Positions 1 through 10,818 are shown, counted from the stretch's first letter. The stretch is DNA of 64,000 nt from Schizochytrium sp. TIO01 (GCA_004764695.1 SMSO01000025.1:5248862-5312861), one strand, 5' to 3'. The notes: generated from the letters alone by a model not told the origin. Program-made: numbers and translations.

Positions 1-1604
1 AGAATTTCTGCTCGCCGTTGTTGCGCACGGATTGGATCAGGGACGCATCGGACTACCATAGAAAGAACTGCACGAGTAACAGGTAACCAAGTGTGCATTG
101 TGGTGCGTAGTGCTGCACGACCACCCTTCGCCAAATCTCGTTTATTAATCTTATCAAGAATACCGAGACGGGTAACCATCTTTTCTAGCTTCTTGGGCTT
201 AGAGTCAATCACCGTTGCGCCATACACTTGCCAGATCGCATCGAGTACAAATGAGGCAAACATGGGAGGGTGCTGCCGGGATGCCTCACCAGTTGTCACA
301 CTAGCGCTTGTACTCTTGTTTTCAATGATTTTACCTTGCTTTGCACTGTACCAAAAGTTACCCCAAAGCGATCGAAGAACCTTACGACGGTTCGCGATAC
401 CAAGCGCCTGAGAGACCATGGGCACAAAGTCGATGGTGCGAAATGCCCAGCTATCCGCAGCAGAACAAAACACAACATTGCCCTTTTCAGGAGCAAAAAG
501 GAAAGCGTTTTCTTCATCTTCGTCATATTCCAGAGCCCAAGCTTGAGTGTCAATTTTTTCATCCCCCAATTCATCTACTCCACGGGCTTCGCCGCCTAGA
601 GCAGCTCCTGAAGCCTCGTCCTTTTCGTCCTCACGAGCCATGATGCTAGCATTCATGAAACCCATTTGAATTGCATTGACGCGCTCGACAATTTTGAGCA
701 GGTGCTCATAGGCCTCAATCGGGTCAAGCTGGCGTTCGATAATTAAACGATCAATCTTGTTCAGGACAAGACAAGGACGGAGGCGCTCTTCCCACGCCTG
801 GCGTAGGACTGCATGTGTTTGGATTGCCACACCCTCAATAACATCGACCACAACAAGTGCGCCATCACACAGACGCACAGCGGTAGACACATCCGAAGAA
901 AAGTCTACATGGCCAGGGGAATCAATGAGATTAACCAGGTAGTTCTTGTTGAGACGCTCGTGTTTGTAGAGAAGTGAAATTGCACTAGATTTCATAGTAA
1001 TTCCACGTTCCTGCTCATCTTGACGACTATCCATATAGCGTACAGTACCAGCGAGGCGTTCTGAGATAATTCCGTTGCTACTTACCAAGCAGTCTGACAG
1101 AGTCGTCTATTAACCATCCAGACAAATATCACCAGATAAACATACGAGGTTCCACAGCTCTCTGTCAGCGATCCGCATCAATTAACATTTTTACTTTCGC
1201 TCTGGCTCAATTCCATCAAATATCCTAATTCTCGCATCTCTTGATTAGAAAGATGAGACTAAGGCCACCCGTCACTTACCTTTCCATGGTCCACATGAGC
1301 CAGAATACAGATGTTGCGAACCTGTGTAAGAGCCGAGATTTAAAGGAAACGCATAATATGAGAGCGTCAAGCATTCGCCGGCCTTGTCAGTATTCCTGCT
1401 CCAAGAATCGAATAGAGAGTTTTCCTTCGGCAGTCTCCTTGACCTTCACCAGGACCACTCTTCAGGCCATTGCAAGAGACTCTCCACCTCCAATCGAATG
1501 GACAGCTATGGCCTGTATAATTGGGAGCTTTAACGCCATAATCCTACCTGGGACGCATTGTTCTGGAGTTCCGCGAGCTCGGCGGGCCGTACGCTGGGCG
1601 GCAT
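1..1604 (-). CDS. EFL1: Elongation factor-like GTPase 1 (EFL1/Ria1, 60S maturation), 5' part; exons 1604-1548, 1321-1280, 1106-<1
   Basis: Manual translation: MPPSVRPAELAELQNNASQ|VRNICILAHVDHGK|TTLSDCLVSSNGIISERLAGTVRYMDSRQDEQERGITMKSSAI...LIDSPGHVDFSSDVSTAVRLCDGA...NKIDR. G1, G3 and G4 motifs are present. The LQ..N..RNIC start and NGIIS.RLAG..RY.DSR.DEQ.RGITM pattern fit EFL1 better than EF2. Two phase-0 GT-AG introns. Missed by the ORF track. Confidence 0.93.
1107..1279 (-). other. Spliceosomal intron 2 of EFL1
   Basis: Minus strand AAG|GTAAGT ... ATAG|ACG; removal restores the Walker A motif AHVDHGKTT. Confidence 0.9.
1322..1547 (-). other. Spliceosomal intron 1 of EFL1
   Basis: Minus strand CAG|GTAGGA ... 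ACACAG|GTT; joins a 19-codon ATG exon in frame to VRNICILAH. Confidence 0.8.
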
Positions 1605-2035
1605 CTTCTGAACCTCAGTCTCGTGGAGCGTATCTGGAGCGAAGCACTCGCCCAAAACCCAACAAGTGAGGGAGACGGCCTAAGTAGCATAAATTCTTTC
1701 CAACAAAATTAATTCGTTTGATTTAATCAACTGAAATCTGTGATATAAGATTCAGCTGAAGGTTTTAGACGAAAAATATTTTGTTCGATTTTACCCAACG
1801 GATTCATCTCTGTCTAACCCCAAGGGTCAGCGAAGAATACGCTTTTGAGCTCAGCAGACCTTGAACCTTGGTGCGGAACTGTACAAAGACCGACTCTGAA
1901 TAGCGTTGGAGTGTCTGGCCCCAGGCCGTTCTCTGGTGCTTTTTTCAAGCAGTTGAGTAGACACCAAGTTTGGAGGTCACGCGGGTCTTGGTTGTTTGGG
2001 CTTCATTTTTTGGGCTAGTTATAGCATATTGCGTC
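1605..2035. promoter_or_regulatory. Probable bidirectional promoter (EFL1 / OTU gene)
   Basis: Divergent ATGs about 430 bp apart with an AT-rich core near 1690-1800; positional inference only. Confidence 0.4.
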
Positions 2036-3565
2036 ATGGGCAACAGCCAGTCTGAGTCTCGGGTCGCAACGCCAAAGGATGCCTCTCCTGGAGATCGGCG
2101 GAGCATTGCGCTGCTAAGATCATCTTCGGCACTCCTTCAGGAGCTTGTGGAGGAAATTGGCGTTCCGGATGAGACTGCGGTGGAGATCATTCACGAATGC
2201 AACGGTGATGAACTTGGAATTTTGAGGGCTGTCGCAAAGCATATCAATGACAAAGATCCAAACTCCCATCTCAGTGGCCAAGCTCGCTCGAGCAAGCTTG
2301 CAGACAAGTTCAGACGATCTGTCCACGCGAAAGAGATTGAGAGCTTGCGATCCTTAGGGTTTTCTGACGTTAATACACTGCGAGCACTTCGTGAGAATGG
2401 TTATCGTGAGGCTGATGCTATAAAGATGCTGCTTAAGGAGTATCATCGTCAGAGCCTTGCTAACCACCCAACGGCATCATTTCATGAACGTATGTGGTCT
2501 AGGGAGAACTCAAAGGAGTCTAAAGGATCTGGGGCACTTACAATCGGCGACGAGGCGCCACCAACACCGAATTCCACATCAGCTCGGTCGCCACATACTT
2601 CAAGCACAAATATTAGTACTGGCGCTGCAGAAGACCTCAAAACACCTTTCGCAAGCGAATTTCCTGTTGCGAAGGTCACGGAAGCCTGTGAAGTCTCGGG
2701 ATTGAATATTGTGCAGGCCGATCCAATCTTCGTAGAAAGGAAGAACCATGATAAGGCAATGCTACAAGCTTTCCAAGGGCACTCAAGCATAAAGTGGAAT
2801 CCAGCCCTTGTCAGAGCTATGGTTGCGATGAAGCGCAAGGCGGATGATGCTAAGGCATCGGTTCGTAAGCGCGACGGTCCACCGGATTCGACAATAAATG
2901 TTCGCCGAGGCACGAGCCAAACCAACTTACTTAAAGAACGTCTTACTAATTTTGGGATGAGCGAGGTGGTCGTCAGTGGTGATGGCAATTGCCAGTTCCG
3001 GGCGATTAGCAAAGAATTATTTAATACCCAAGATCACCACCTCTGGGTTAGATTCAAGGCCGTGGAGCACATGCGCAACCACCGTGATGAGTTTGAGATC
3101 TTCTTTGGAAGCCCAGAAGAGTTTGAGGCTTACGTCGCAAAAATGTCGTTGCCTCGTGAATGGGGTGACGAACTCACCTTAAAGGCAACTGCAGATGCTC
3201 TTGATATAGTAGTGCATGTTCTTACCTCAACAGAAGGGTTTGGTGGATACTACCTAGAGTACTCTCCGTCAAATAAAGGGTCCCCTCATGGGGTTTTACG
3301 ACATGTGTTTTTGACTTATCTTTCTCCAATGCATTACAATGTGATGACTTTACGCGACGACGAAAGGCGTAAACGACTTTCGGACCGTGCCCGTGATCTC
3401 CTCGCTCGCGCAGACTCCAAGGCTCTTCTCCTACAAGTTCCCTCTATTGATGCTTCTGCAATGCCATCAGATATTGCTTCTATATCATCTTCGTCTTCGT
3501 CCCCATCCTCCTCCTCTTCCTCGAGATCAGTCGGTTCAGATCCTCAAACTCCAGATACTCTCTGA
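2036..3565 (+). CDS. OTU-family deubiquitinase with predicted N-myristoylation site and UBA-like domain(s)
   Basis: ATG at 2036 gives MGNSQS (MGxxxS). UBA-like LRSLGFSDVNTLRALRENGYREADAIKML. OTU core VSGDGNCQFRAIS...EWGDELTLKA...MHYNV with catalytic Cys and His. Confidence 0.88.
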   Translation: MGNSQSESRVATPKDASPGDRRSIALLRSSSALLQELVEEIGVPDETAVEIIHECNGDELGILRAVAKHINDKDPNSHLSGQARSSKLADKFRRSVHAKEIESLRSLGFSDVNTLRALRENGYREADAIKMLLKEYHRQSLANHPTASFHERMWSRENSKESKGSGALTIGDEAPPTPNSTSARSPHTSSTNISTGAAEDLKTPFASEFPVAKVTEACEVSGLNIVQADPIFVERKNHDKAMLQAFQGHSSIKWNPALVRAMVAMKRKADDAKASVRKRDGPPDSTINVRRGTSQTNLLKERLTNFGMSEVVVSGDGNCQFRAISKELFNTQDHHLWVRFKAVEHMRNHRDEFEIFFGSPEEFEAYVAKMSLPREWGDELTLKATADALDIVVHVLTSTEGFGGYYLEYSPSNKGSPHGVLRHVFLTYLSPMHYNVMTLRDDERRKRLSDRARDLLARADSKALLLQVPSIDASAMPSDIASISSSSSSPSSSSSSRSVGSDPQTPDTL

Positions 3566-4414
3566 GCCCTACCATTGATCCCATCTGCTTTGTGGAAAAA
3601 AACACTGATATTAAGATTTCCCAATGTAATGTAAAGTATAAGTGGGTTGTGATACACAAAAGAAGCTTAAACGATTGTTTTGATTTAGACTCACTCAGGC
3701 CGAGGATATTACCTGATGCTAGGGTTTGATATTTTTGAAACAGATCATTTGCTCACTTTAAAACTCAACGTAGTTCTGTGGTTAGAGATGCAATTGATGA
3801 TATGATGTTTACACAGACTCGTCTCTTTCTTCATACCTATACCTCACCGAAGTTGAGGGTTGTAGACAGGTGTGACGCATGGTCATTCGTCTATGGCTAA
3901 GTATAACCCCCCATATAGATCACTTTTCCACATGTAAAACCCTTAAGGCAGTTCTTTCCTGTGAACACTAGTTCTGTAAAACATTCTCCATTTGTGTCCT
4001 AACAATTATAGCAGCATGCATCTTATCCTCCAAGCTTCGCAACTTAAGCTGTGTTCTTAAAGATAACTCTGGGAACAGTTCTCTGCCTTTCGTAGGGCGC
4101 TTATCATCGTCTTTCACAAACCTCGCAGACTCTTCGATACTCGTTCATTTCATAATTGATCCCTTTGTTACATTGGGCTAGTCCCATATAGTAGAGTCCT
4201 ACTGATGATCAATTGCTTTGGAAGGCTAGGTAAGAGGAACTCATAGGGCTCTGTAGGCGTGGAGATGGTAATGTTCTTGGTCGTTTGGCCCTATTTCTGC
4301 TGTGGACAATTGCAAGAGCGATCATCCTGCATAGGCAAACCCTGGAGCTGGACGCGGCGGTCCGTCTCGGCTAGGCTGCGAGGCTTCGGTAGTGTCGCCG
4401 CTACAGCAGTGACG

Positions 4415-6913
4415 ATGAATGTGGTCTTTGCAGCGCCCCGGGACGCACCGCAGACACCCATTTGGTATCGACGTGAGCTCTCTCTGGTGCGCAAGGTCTG
4501 TGAAAATCATGGTGTGGCGTTTTCCGCGCAAGCAGCAACAAGCAGAAGCGTGTCCTCACTTGTCGCTGGTACTCAAAGCAAAGGCGGAATTGTTCATTTC
4601 ATTGGGAGCGGTATATCTGGTGAAAGACTTGTACTAGAAACCGAGCGCGGCAAGGCACACGAGTTCGACCCTGAAACGCTTCGTGGTGCTGCGAGAGGCT
4701 TGGGCCCACCACCGCTGGTTTTTGTCAGCGCCCAGGGCATGGATTTTGCGCAGGATGCAGCAGCTGCCTTCATCAGGACTGGAATTCCGGTAGTTGTATG
4801 CCTCCGAAACCTGAACTTGGACTTCATAGAGACTTTTTATGAAGTGCTGTTTGCACAAGAGGGGGAAACTCCCAAAGTAAAGGTTATAGAGGTCGTAGCT
4901 GAAACTTGCAAGACGCTTGATGTGCCAATGGAAGTGGCAGAGATTATGGTGGCAGAAAATGGGGATGTACAAGAGGTGGAAATTGACTTGGAGCAAATAT
5001 TTTCGCAGAGAAATCACTTCAGGAGGTCTTCAAGTGTGCAGCCGCTGCCGACGGTGATGAACGCCCCTGGTAGCTTCTACGGACGCAGACAAGCCGTGAA
5101 TGAATTATGTAATGCATTATTAGACGCTCACAAAAACATGTTGCTCATTACAGGTTCACCGGGAACAGGAAAATCGGCACTGGCATCACATGTAGTGCAG
5201 TTTGCACTTGAAAGACGCCTCATGCGAGCTGTTTTCCACGTAGATTGCAAGCCACTTGACAGAAGGATACACCATCGCGCTCCGAGCTATGAGCAAGCTC
5301 GATTGCGCTGGACAATTGACATTGCAAATGCAATTGTTCGTGAGTTTGCTGAAAGGACAGGTCAAATCATGCCGCATAATCTGCTAAATGGGAACTTTAT
5401 TACAAGTGAAAACGATGAACGTCTTCAAATTTTGCGAAATAAGCGCAAAGAAGAGATCCTTTCGCAACTTCGGGCTGCTTTGTTAGACTTATTTTCGCTC
5501 GTTAACACACCAAATCGCGAAACAGTGCTCGTACTAGAGAACTGCGAGTCTGTGAGTGCTTGCAACTCTGTATTTATCGAATTTCTACACGAACTACTCA
5601 AATATCTGGACATTAAAATCGTATGTGTGTCGCGTTTTGCGTCACCCATTCTTGGATCTGGATTGCTTCCAGAGAGCATCACTCATGTTGTTCTCGAGGG
5701 AATGGATACATATGCCGCAACGCGATTGCTACAGCACGAGGCTGCACATCGATCGCTACAGCGAGATATAAGAAATGAAACTCTGGTGAAAACTGTTGAA
5801 CGAATGCAGAATGCACAAGTTTGCACGCCGCGTATGCTGCTTGAAGTGGCCCAACATGGCGTATCAAACTGCACGCGCACATACTTAGAAAATCTCTGTC
5901 TTAATGAGCAGGCAATGGTTTTCCAAAACTTTCGTGATATGTTGCGTATTCTTCTCCGCGATGAAGATGCCGATGCGGGGGTGATGTTTTGGCAAAGCTC
6001 GTGCAATTGGATTGGCACGCGCGCTGTAAACCCAGCTCGTACTACATGGACACGGTTTTCTGAAAAATTACGGGCACACTTTGTTGAAAAGGTTGGAGGA
6101 ACACGGCCTCTTAGTGAAGCATCAGCGGAGACCATTGCTGTTAGTTTAGATCGCATCAGCCCAAAGCTCCCTGATGGTCTTAACAACTTTGTGTCTATGT
6201 CACGCTTTGTAAAAGCGTTTTGGCCTTGGTATATATATGCTTTGCGAACCGTACAATTACATAAGAACCTATGGGCGCTCAGGGTAGGCAGTGCTCGCCT
6301 CCCTGTACTCTGGCTTTGTTCTCGTGAAGAATCTGAAAAGCGCCTGCGTCATGCTCCATCAGGTACTTTCATGCTTCGCTTGAGCGAGACTTACCCAGGT
6401 GCTATTGTGGCATCTCTTGTCGGGGATGTAGGTGGATATGGCGGTGGTTTGGGCAATGGCCACTGCTCTTCCATCTCAAGAAGTCCAAGGGATGGGCAAG
6501 GAGCAGGTCCATTTGTACACCCGAATGCTGGTACTCACGGGACACTTTTACTGCCGCCATATCAGCATGGACGGAAACCTCAGTATTATGTTATACAGTG
6601 CCGTAGTGACGGAACTTGCACCTTGGGAAATAGGAGATTTGCTTCATTGAAGCAAGCCATTTTGCAATTAGAAGCATTCAAGAGTGTATATGCGGGTACC
6701 CGTTCATCACCAGGCTCCGTCGCCATACAACAGCAGACACCAACCTCCCCACACCATTTGCAAACAGCTCGGACCTCTCTGACACCACCTGACCCCAAAA
6801 GCATCAGAAATTCACCGATGCGCCATGACCAAACAGGTACCGGTTGCACCATGACTTCAATGCTGCCCCCTGTTGCCCCTACACCATACCCTGAGCGCCC
6901 TGCACGCCAACAT

Positions 6914-6958
<45 letters not shown>

Positions 6959-7057
6959 CAACAACAAGGCCAGCCTCACCACCACCACCACCACCACCAC
7001 CACCACCATCACAACTACGAAGTAGTTCCTAAAAAATTAATTTTCTACAACACTTAA
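4415..7057 (+). CDS. CHAT-like (inactive) + STAND/NB-ARC-like P-loop ATPase + STAT-type linker-SH2 protein
   Basis: Long ORF; first plausible ATG at 4415. IVHFIGSG...LVLETERG...LVFVSAQ...AAAFIRTGIPVVVC follows the CHAT pattern. FYGRRQAVNEL, GSPGTGKS, LVLENCE and IVCVSR follow STAND motifs. RPLS...FWPWY...LW...CSREESEKRL...GTFMLRLSETYPG follows the STAT linker-SH2 pattern. Confidence 0.8.
6917..7012 (+). repeat. Coding (CAG)n/(CAA)n polyQ followed by (CAC)n polyH
   Basis: Seen directly; encodes about Q17-GQP-H12 just before the C-terminal NYEVV motif. Confidence 0.95.
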
Positions 7058-7415
7058 AAGAGTCCAATATAGGTGCGCTTTAAACAAAAAGGATGAAGAA
7101 GCAAATTTGAGTGGATAAGCAAAATTACGTTCTGGCCTGCATAATTGTGAAATTGTGCACAGAGACTTGAGCTGATTTCAAGCGATACAGGCAAACGTGA
7201 GAGGTGATCGATGCAGATCAAGAAATTGAACAAAGAGGAAAGGCAGTCGATACACAGTGTACTTGAAACGCAATGGAGGATCAACATGATCATGTAGCAT
7301 GGGTTGTCTATTATGAAACAACAGTATCAACAAAAGAAGTAGAAAAGGATACAAAAGTGCGCCGCACGATACTATGCAGTAGATGAAATCACGCACGTGA
7401 TCTACCACGATGCTG

Positions 7416-8483
7416 CTATCTCCGGACCTTGCGCATGTGGCTGAGGTCAGGGCTCTTGCGGTGCTCATTACGCTCTCCGGAGCCATAGAGAGCATTATTA
7501 AAGGCCGTGAAGAGAGCCTGGTAGCGGCTTGAAGAGGCGCCTGTCATGAGCAAATTACTGGAAAGGCGGCGCTCAAGCTGGCGTGGGTCATCCGAGTCCA
7601 GAGGTGGGATGACCTGGGAGGCCTCTGCAGCACGGAGTCCATCTCTCGCCGTCCTGTCAGAGCGCATGTCTTGTGTGCCACTACTTGTAGCAACGCTTGA
7701 GTCATAGTACCCAGAGTAGCTATCTAGGAGTGGAGTTTCGTCAGAGATGGAGGCTGCTGACGGCGAAAGCGCGGCTGCGCCTTGCGACTCAGCACTCTCA
7801 ATATCACTACTCTCTGAGAAGCTGCGACTAAGTGCAGATGAGTTGAGGTCTATATACTGGTAATCAGGTTGGTCTCGAGGCCGCAAGGAAGCCACTCCAA
7901 GCAGAACACATGTTGCGGCATAGCAGCCCCTAACAATATGGGCGATGCGGCTTTGATGAACCTCTGCATGCATGATAAAGATCACTACACTAATCGAGAA
8001 CTCCACAATCCACCAGAGTCTAAGGCACGTAAAAGATGGCAAGTGTCTTCTATACCCAAGCACAAGCAGTGCCATTGACACCAGCCAGCTCAAGCTCGTC
8101 AGTGCCATCGATGTCTTCACTGCCGGCGACGCCGGGTCGTCATCAATTGTTAGCACAATAGCACATACCAGTGCCACTACCGTGAGAAGCAACTTCACCA
8201 GAAATCTCCATGAAGGCGCCGGTTTCACTTCTGGCTCTCGAAGCACTCTTCGAAGGCGAGGCACCGCGTAGACTAGGAAAATGAATGCAGTTGGCAGCTC
8301 CACAACAGTACTACAGAAGCACATTGTCAGTGCATTTCCATTAGAAGTCGTCGGGCCCCATCCAGTGAGATCATCGCACCACCCATTCATTGTCTGTACA
8401 CCCTGACCATTTTGCGCTAGAGTGTCATTCATAGTCCTAAAAACACTCTCAAAGGTGCTGGAGTTTGCGACGCCGTCACTCAT
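7416..8483 (-). CDS. Membrane protein consisting of an ABCC/MRP-type TMD0 (about 5 TM) plus a disordered tail, with no ABC domain
   Basis: ATG 8483 MSDGVANS. WC..GWGP....LTMCFCSTVVELP...LRLWWIVEF resembles the ABCC TMD0. Ser-rich tail with DETPLL dileucine motif. The upstream ORF extension reads through an SSR and is probably UTR. Confidence 0.65.
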   Translation of the reverse strand: MSDGVANSSTFESVFRTMNDTLAQNGQGVQTMNGWCDDLTGWGPTTSNGNALTMCFCSTVVELPTAFIFLVYAVPRLRRVLREPEVKPAPSWRFLVKLLLTVVALVCAIVLTIDDDPASPAVKTSMALTSLSWLVSMALLVLGYRRHLPSFTCLRLWWIVEFSISVVIFIMHAEVHQSRIAHIVRGCYAATCVLLGVASLRPRDQPDYQYIDLNSSALSRSFSESSDIESAESQGAAALSPSAASISDETPLLDSYSGYYDSSVATSSGTQDMRSDRTARDGLRAAEASQVIPPLDSDDPRQLERRLSSNLLMTGASSSRYQALFTAFNNALYGSGERNEHRKSPDLSHMRKVRR

Positions 8484-8535
8484 GGTGCTCGTGGCAGCGT
8501 TGCTTGGCGAAAGGACCTCTTGTGACACGCAAAGG

Positions 8536-8566
8536 CGAGACGAGACGAGACGAGACGAGACGAGAC
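8536..8566. repeat. (CGAGA)6 pentanucleotide microsatellite
   Basis: Seen directly, just upstream of the TMD0 gene ATG. Confidence 0.9.
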
Positions 8567-9334
8567 AACGCCAGACCAGCCGACCGCCCCGCTGGCCTGC
8601 TAGCCTGCCGCAAGCAAGGCTCGGGCGGCTGTCTCGCAGAGCGTCAAGCGAGAAGCTCGAATTGTAGCTCTGATGTGGTTTTCTCTCCCCTTTTCCTAAC
8701 AAGAGTTGTTCTTATTCCATTACATTTCTGCCTATATTGTGCTATATGTATTTATTTGAGGGTGACGATGACGACGCTTATAATAAATAAGGTTCTTTCC
8801 CTCATATTGTTCATACTGTTCATATTCTTCACATTTTTCATATATTAGGTCTTGAAACTTTGCCGGGAAAACTGCATATTCAATGGGGTTTCTTGCATTC
8901 TCGATGCAGGAGACCCTGCAGTAATTAAGGTTTCTCGGAATGTAAAACGCCTTGAGAAAACCGTGGTTCTTTTCCAGTCCGCACCTTTTGCTTTTCTCAC
9001 CACTGCCACATCAATGAAAATGACCCTTTCTTTATCGAAGTCCATGCAAAATAGTATTACCCATTCTGTCTTTGCAAACCAGTCCCTTTTACACACACAA
9101 TAAACATTATGGTGATATCCGGATAAGCTACTTAATTTGATCAATTACTATAAACTTTATCTAAATAACTGATTTGCGAAAGTAGAGCATAATGAGAATA
9201 TCTCGCTTTATAAGTAGCTTATAATGACAGAGAGAAATAGTAAGAGAGAGAAGGAAGGAGAAGCGGAGGCAGTTCGAAGGCGCAGCAGAAGCGCAACGTG
9301 AGCTTTGAGCAGCAGTGCCGAAGCAACTGAAACC

Positions 9335-10084
9335 ATGGACGCCGTACTGGTGAGTTGAGTCAGATTGGAATTATCCTCTGTGATTGCTTTTGGTTGAAGC
9401 GGCTGCATGGCCAGCCTTGAGGAAACCCATTCATGAGGCCGAGGCGAAAGTATCTATTTATTTGACTGCCTGGTCACCTAGAAGGCGACCTGTTTGCGTA
9501 CACCATAGATGGGTTAATGGAGATTGGAATTATGTACTTGCGATACGAGTTTCCTTGACGCTCCTGGACGAAAAGTTGCTGGCAGAATCGAAGCAGAGAC
9601 TGACGTTTAATGGATTGTTTTCTTTGTGGTTGTTACTTTTGACACATTTCGGCAATTGAACTTGCAAACGACGACGAACCGGTTGCTTGGGTCGTGCTCA
9701 ATGCAGGAACCCGTGTTTGATAAGATTGTGGATGAAATCAATGGTGTCTTAGGTGTGCTCCTGAGTTCCGTGGATGCACTTTGCTTTGCGCAAAGATGGG
9801 TTGATCGCAGCGATGAGGGACAGAGCAACAGCAATACGCAGGCGGCTTCATCTGTAGCCACTGTTGCACCTGTGGTCATTGATCAGGTTAGCAAACTTCA
9901 GCTCGGTTCTATGCAGAGTGTCATTGCCCAGTTCCAAACTAATCAAATTGTGCACATTAACCTTGCTCCGATTGTTCTTACCATTGTAGGCACAAGGGAC
10001 CTCGATGTCGACACGCTAACCTCATCGGAGCTTCACGAGAGGTTGCAGAAGGGATTTCAGCCGCTTCGCGAGGCACTCAAGTGA
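9335..10084 (+). CDS. LAMTOR3: Ragulator subunit LAMTOR3 (MP1, roadblock fold); exons 9335-9349 and 9707-10084
   Basis: DQVSKLQLGSMQSVIAQFQTNQIVHINLAPIVLTIVG matches the MP1 pattern DQGSKLGL..NKSII.YY..YQVVQFN.LPLVVSFIA. Candidate 15-nt first exon ACCATGGACGCCGTACTG|GTGAGT spliced to GCAG|GAA at 9707. An unspliced start at ATG 9701 is an alternative. Confidence 0.8.
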
Positions 10085-10818
10085 GTGGTGCTTTGCTTTC
10101 CCTCGAAAAAGAAGCCCACGCATTCGTGCGCTCTGAGATTGGAACGTTGTGTTTATGCAGGTCATGTCACAAAGACATACTTCTATAAATATCTAAGCTC
10201 AGCAGAAGGTATAATTATGATGCGCATTGGGTAGGTGAGGCACGGAACTACAGAGGGATGCTATATTAGTTTATCAGAACAATAATTAAAAATTGACTTG
10301 TTTAAAAATAAAACTTTCCAGATGGATAATATTTATGTCGCGATATTTCTCAAACGTTGAATTCGATCTTTATGTCTAAATCGATCATTATTGATTGAAA
10401 ACCCCACTCCATAGATTCTCGAAGAACATTATCAACTGCAGAATATCACAGTTGATGTTAATTTTAAACCTTATCTTAAAATAATAATAAAAATTACAAA
10501 AAAAAATTGAGAAATGTGTTTAGTTTAATGGTGATTAGATAATGGGTGCACCTGTTTCGTGCACCAGAGCCGTGTGTGAATTGATACGGAACACTTGGGA
10601 TTTTGTTTTTTAAAGTTCCGTTCCTGACACTTTCCTGGCTGTGCCGAAAGTTACTTCTGGCCACTGCCACGTTGTTTCTTAGAAAATCCTTCAGAGCAAG
10701 GGCAATTATGGATTATCGGGCGTACATAAGTTTTTCATGCACACTGCGTTAGCACTATTTGTTTGAAGATCTCACGTTTAGCAAAAAGCCGAGTAACGTG
10801 TATAGCGACGCAGTGGCT

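Noticed and set aside
91-1669. Short plus-strand ORFs at the window start
   Set aside because: Antisense shadows of the spliced EFL1 gene
8484-8702. N-terminal extension of the TMD0 ORF
   Set aside because: Non-ATG start reading through the (CGAGA)n repeat; likely 5' UTR
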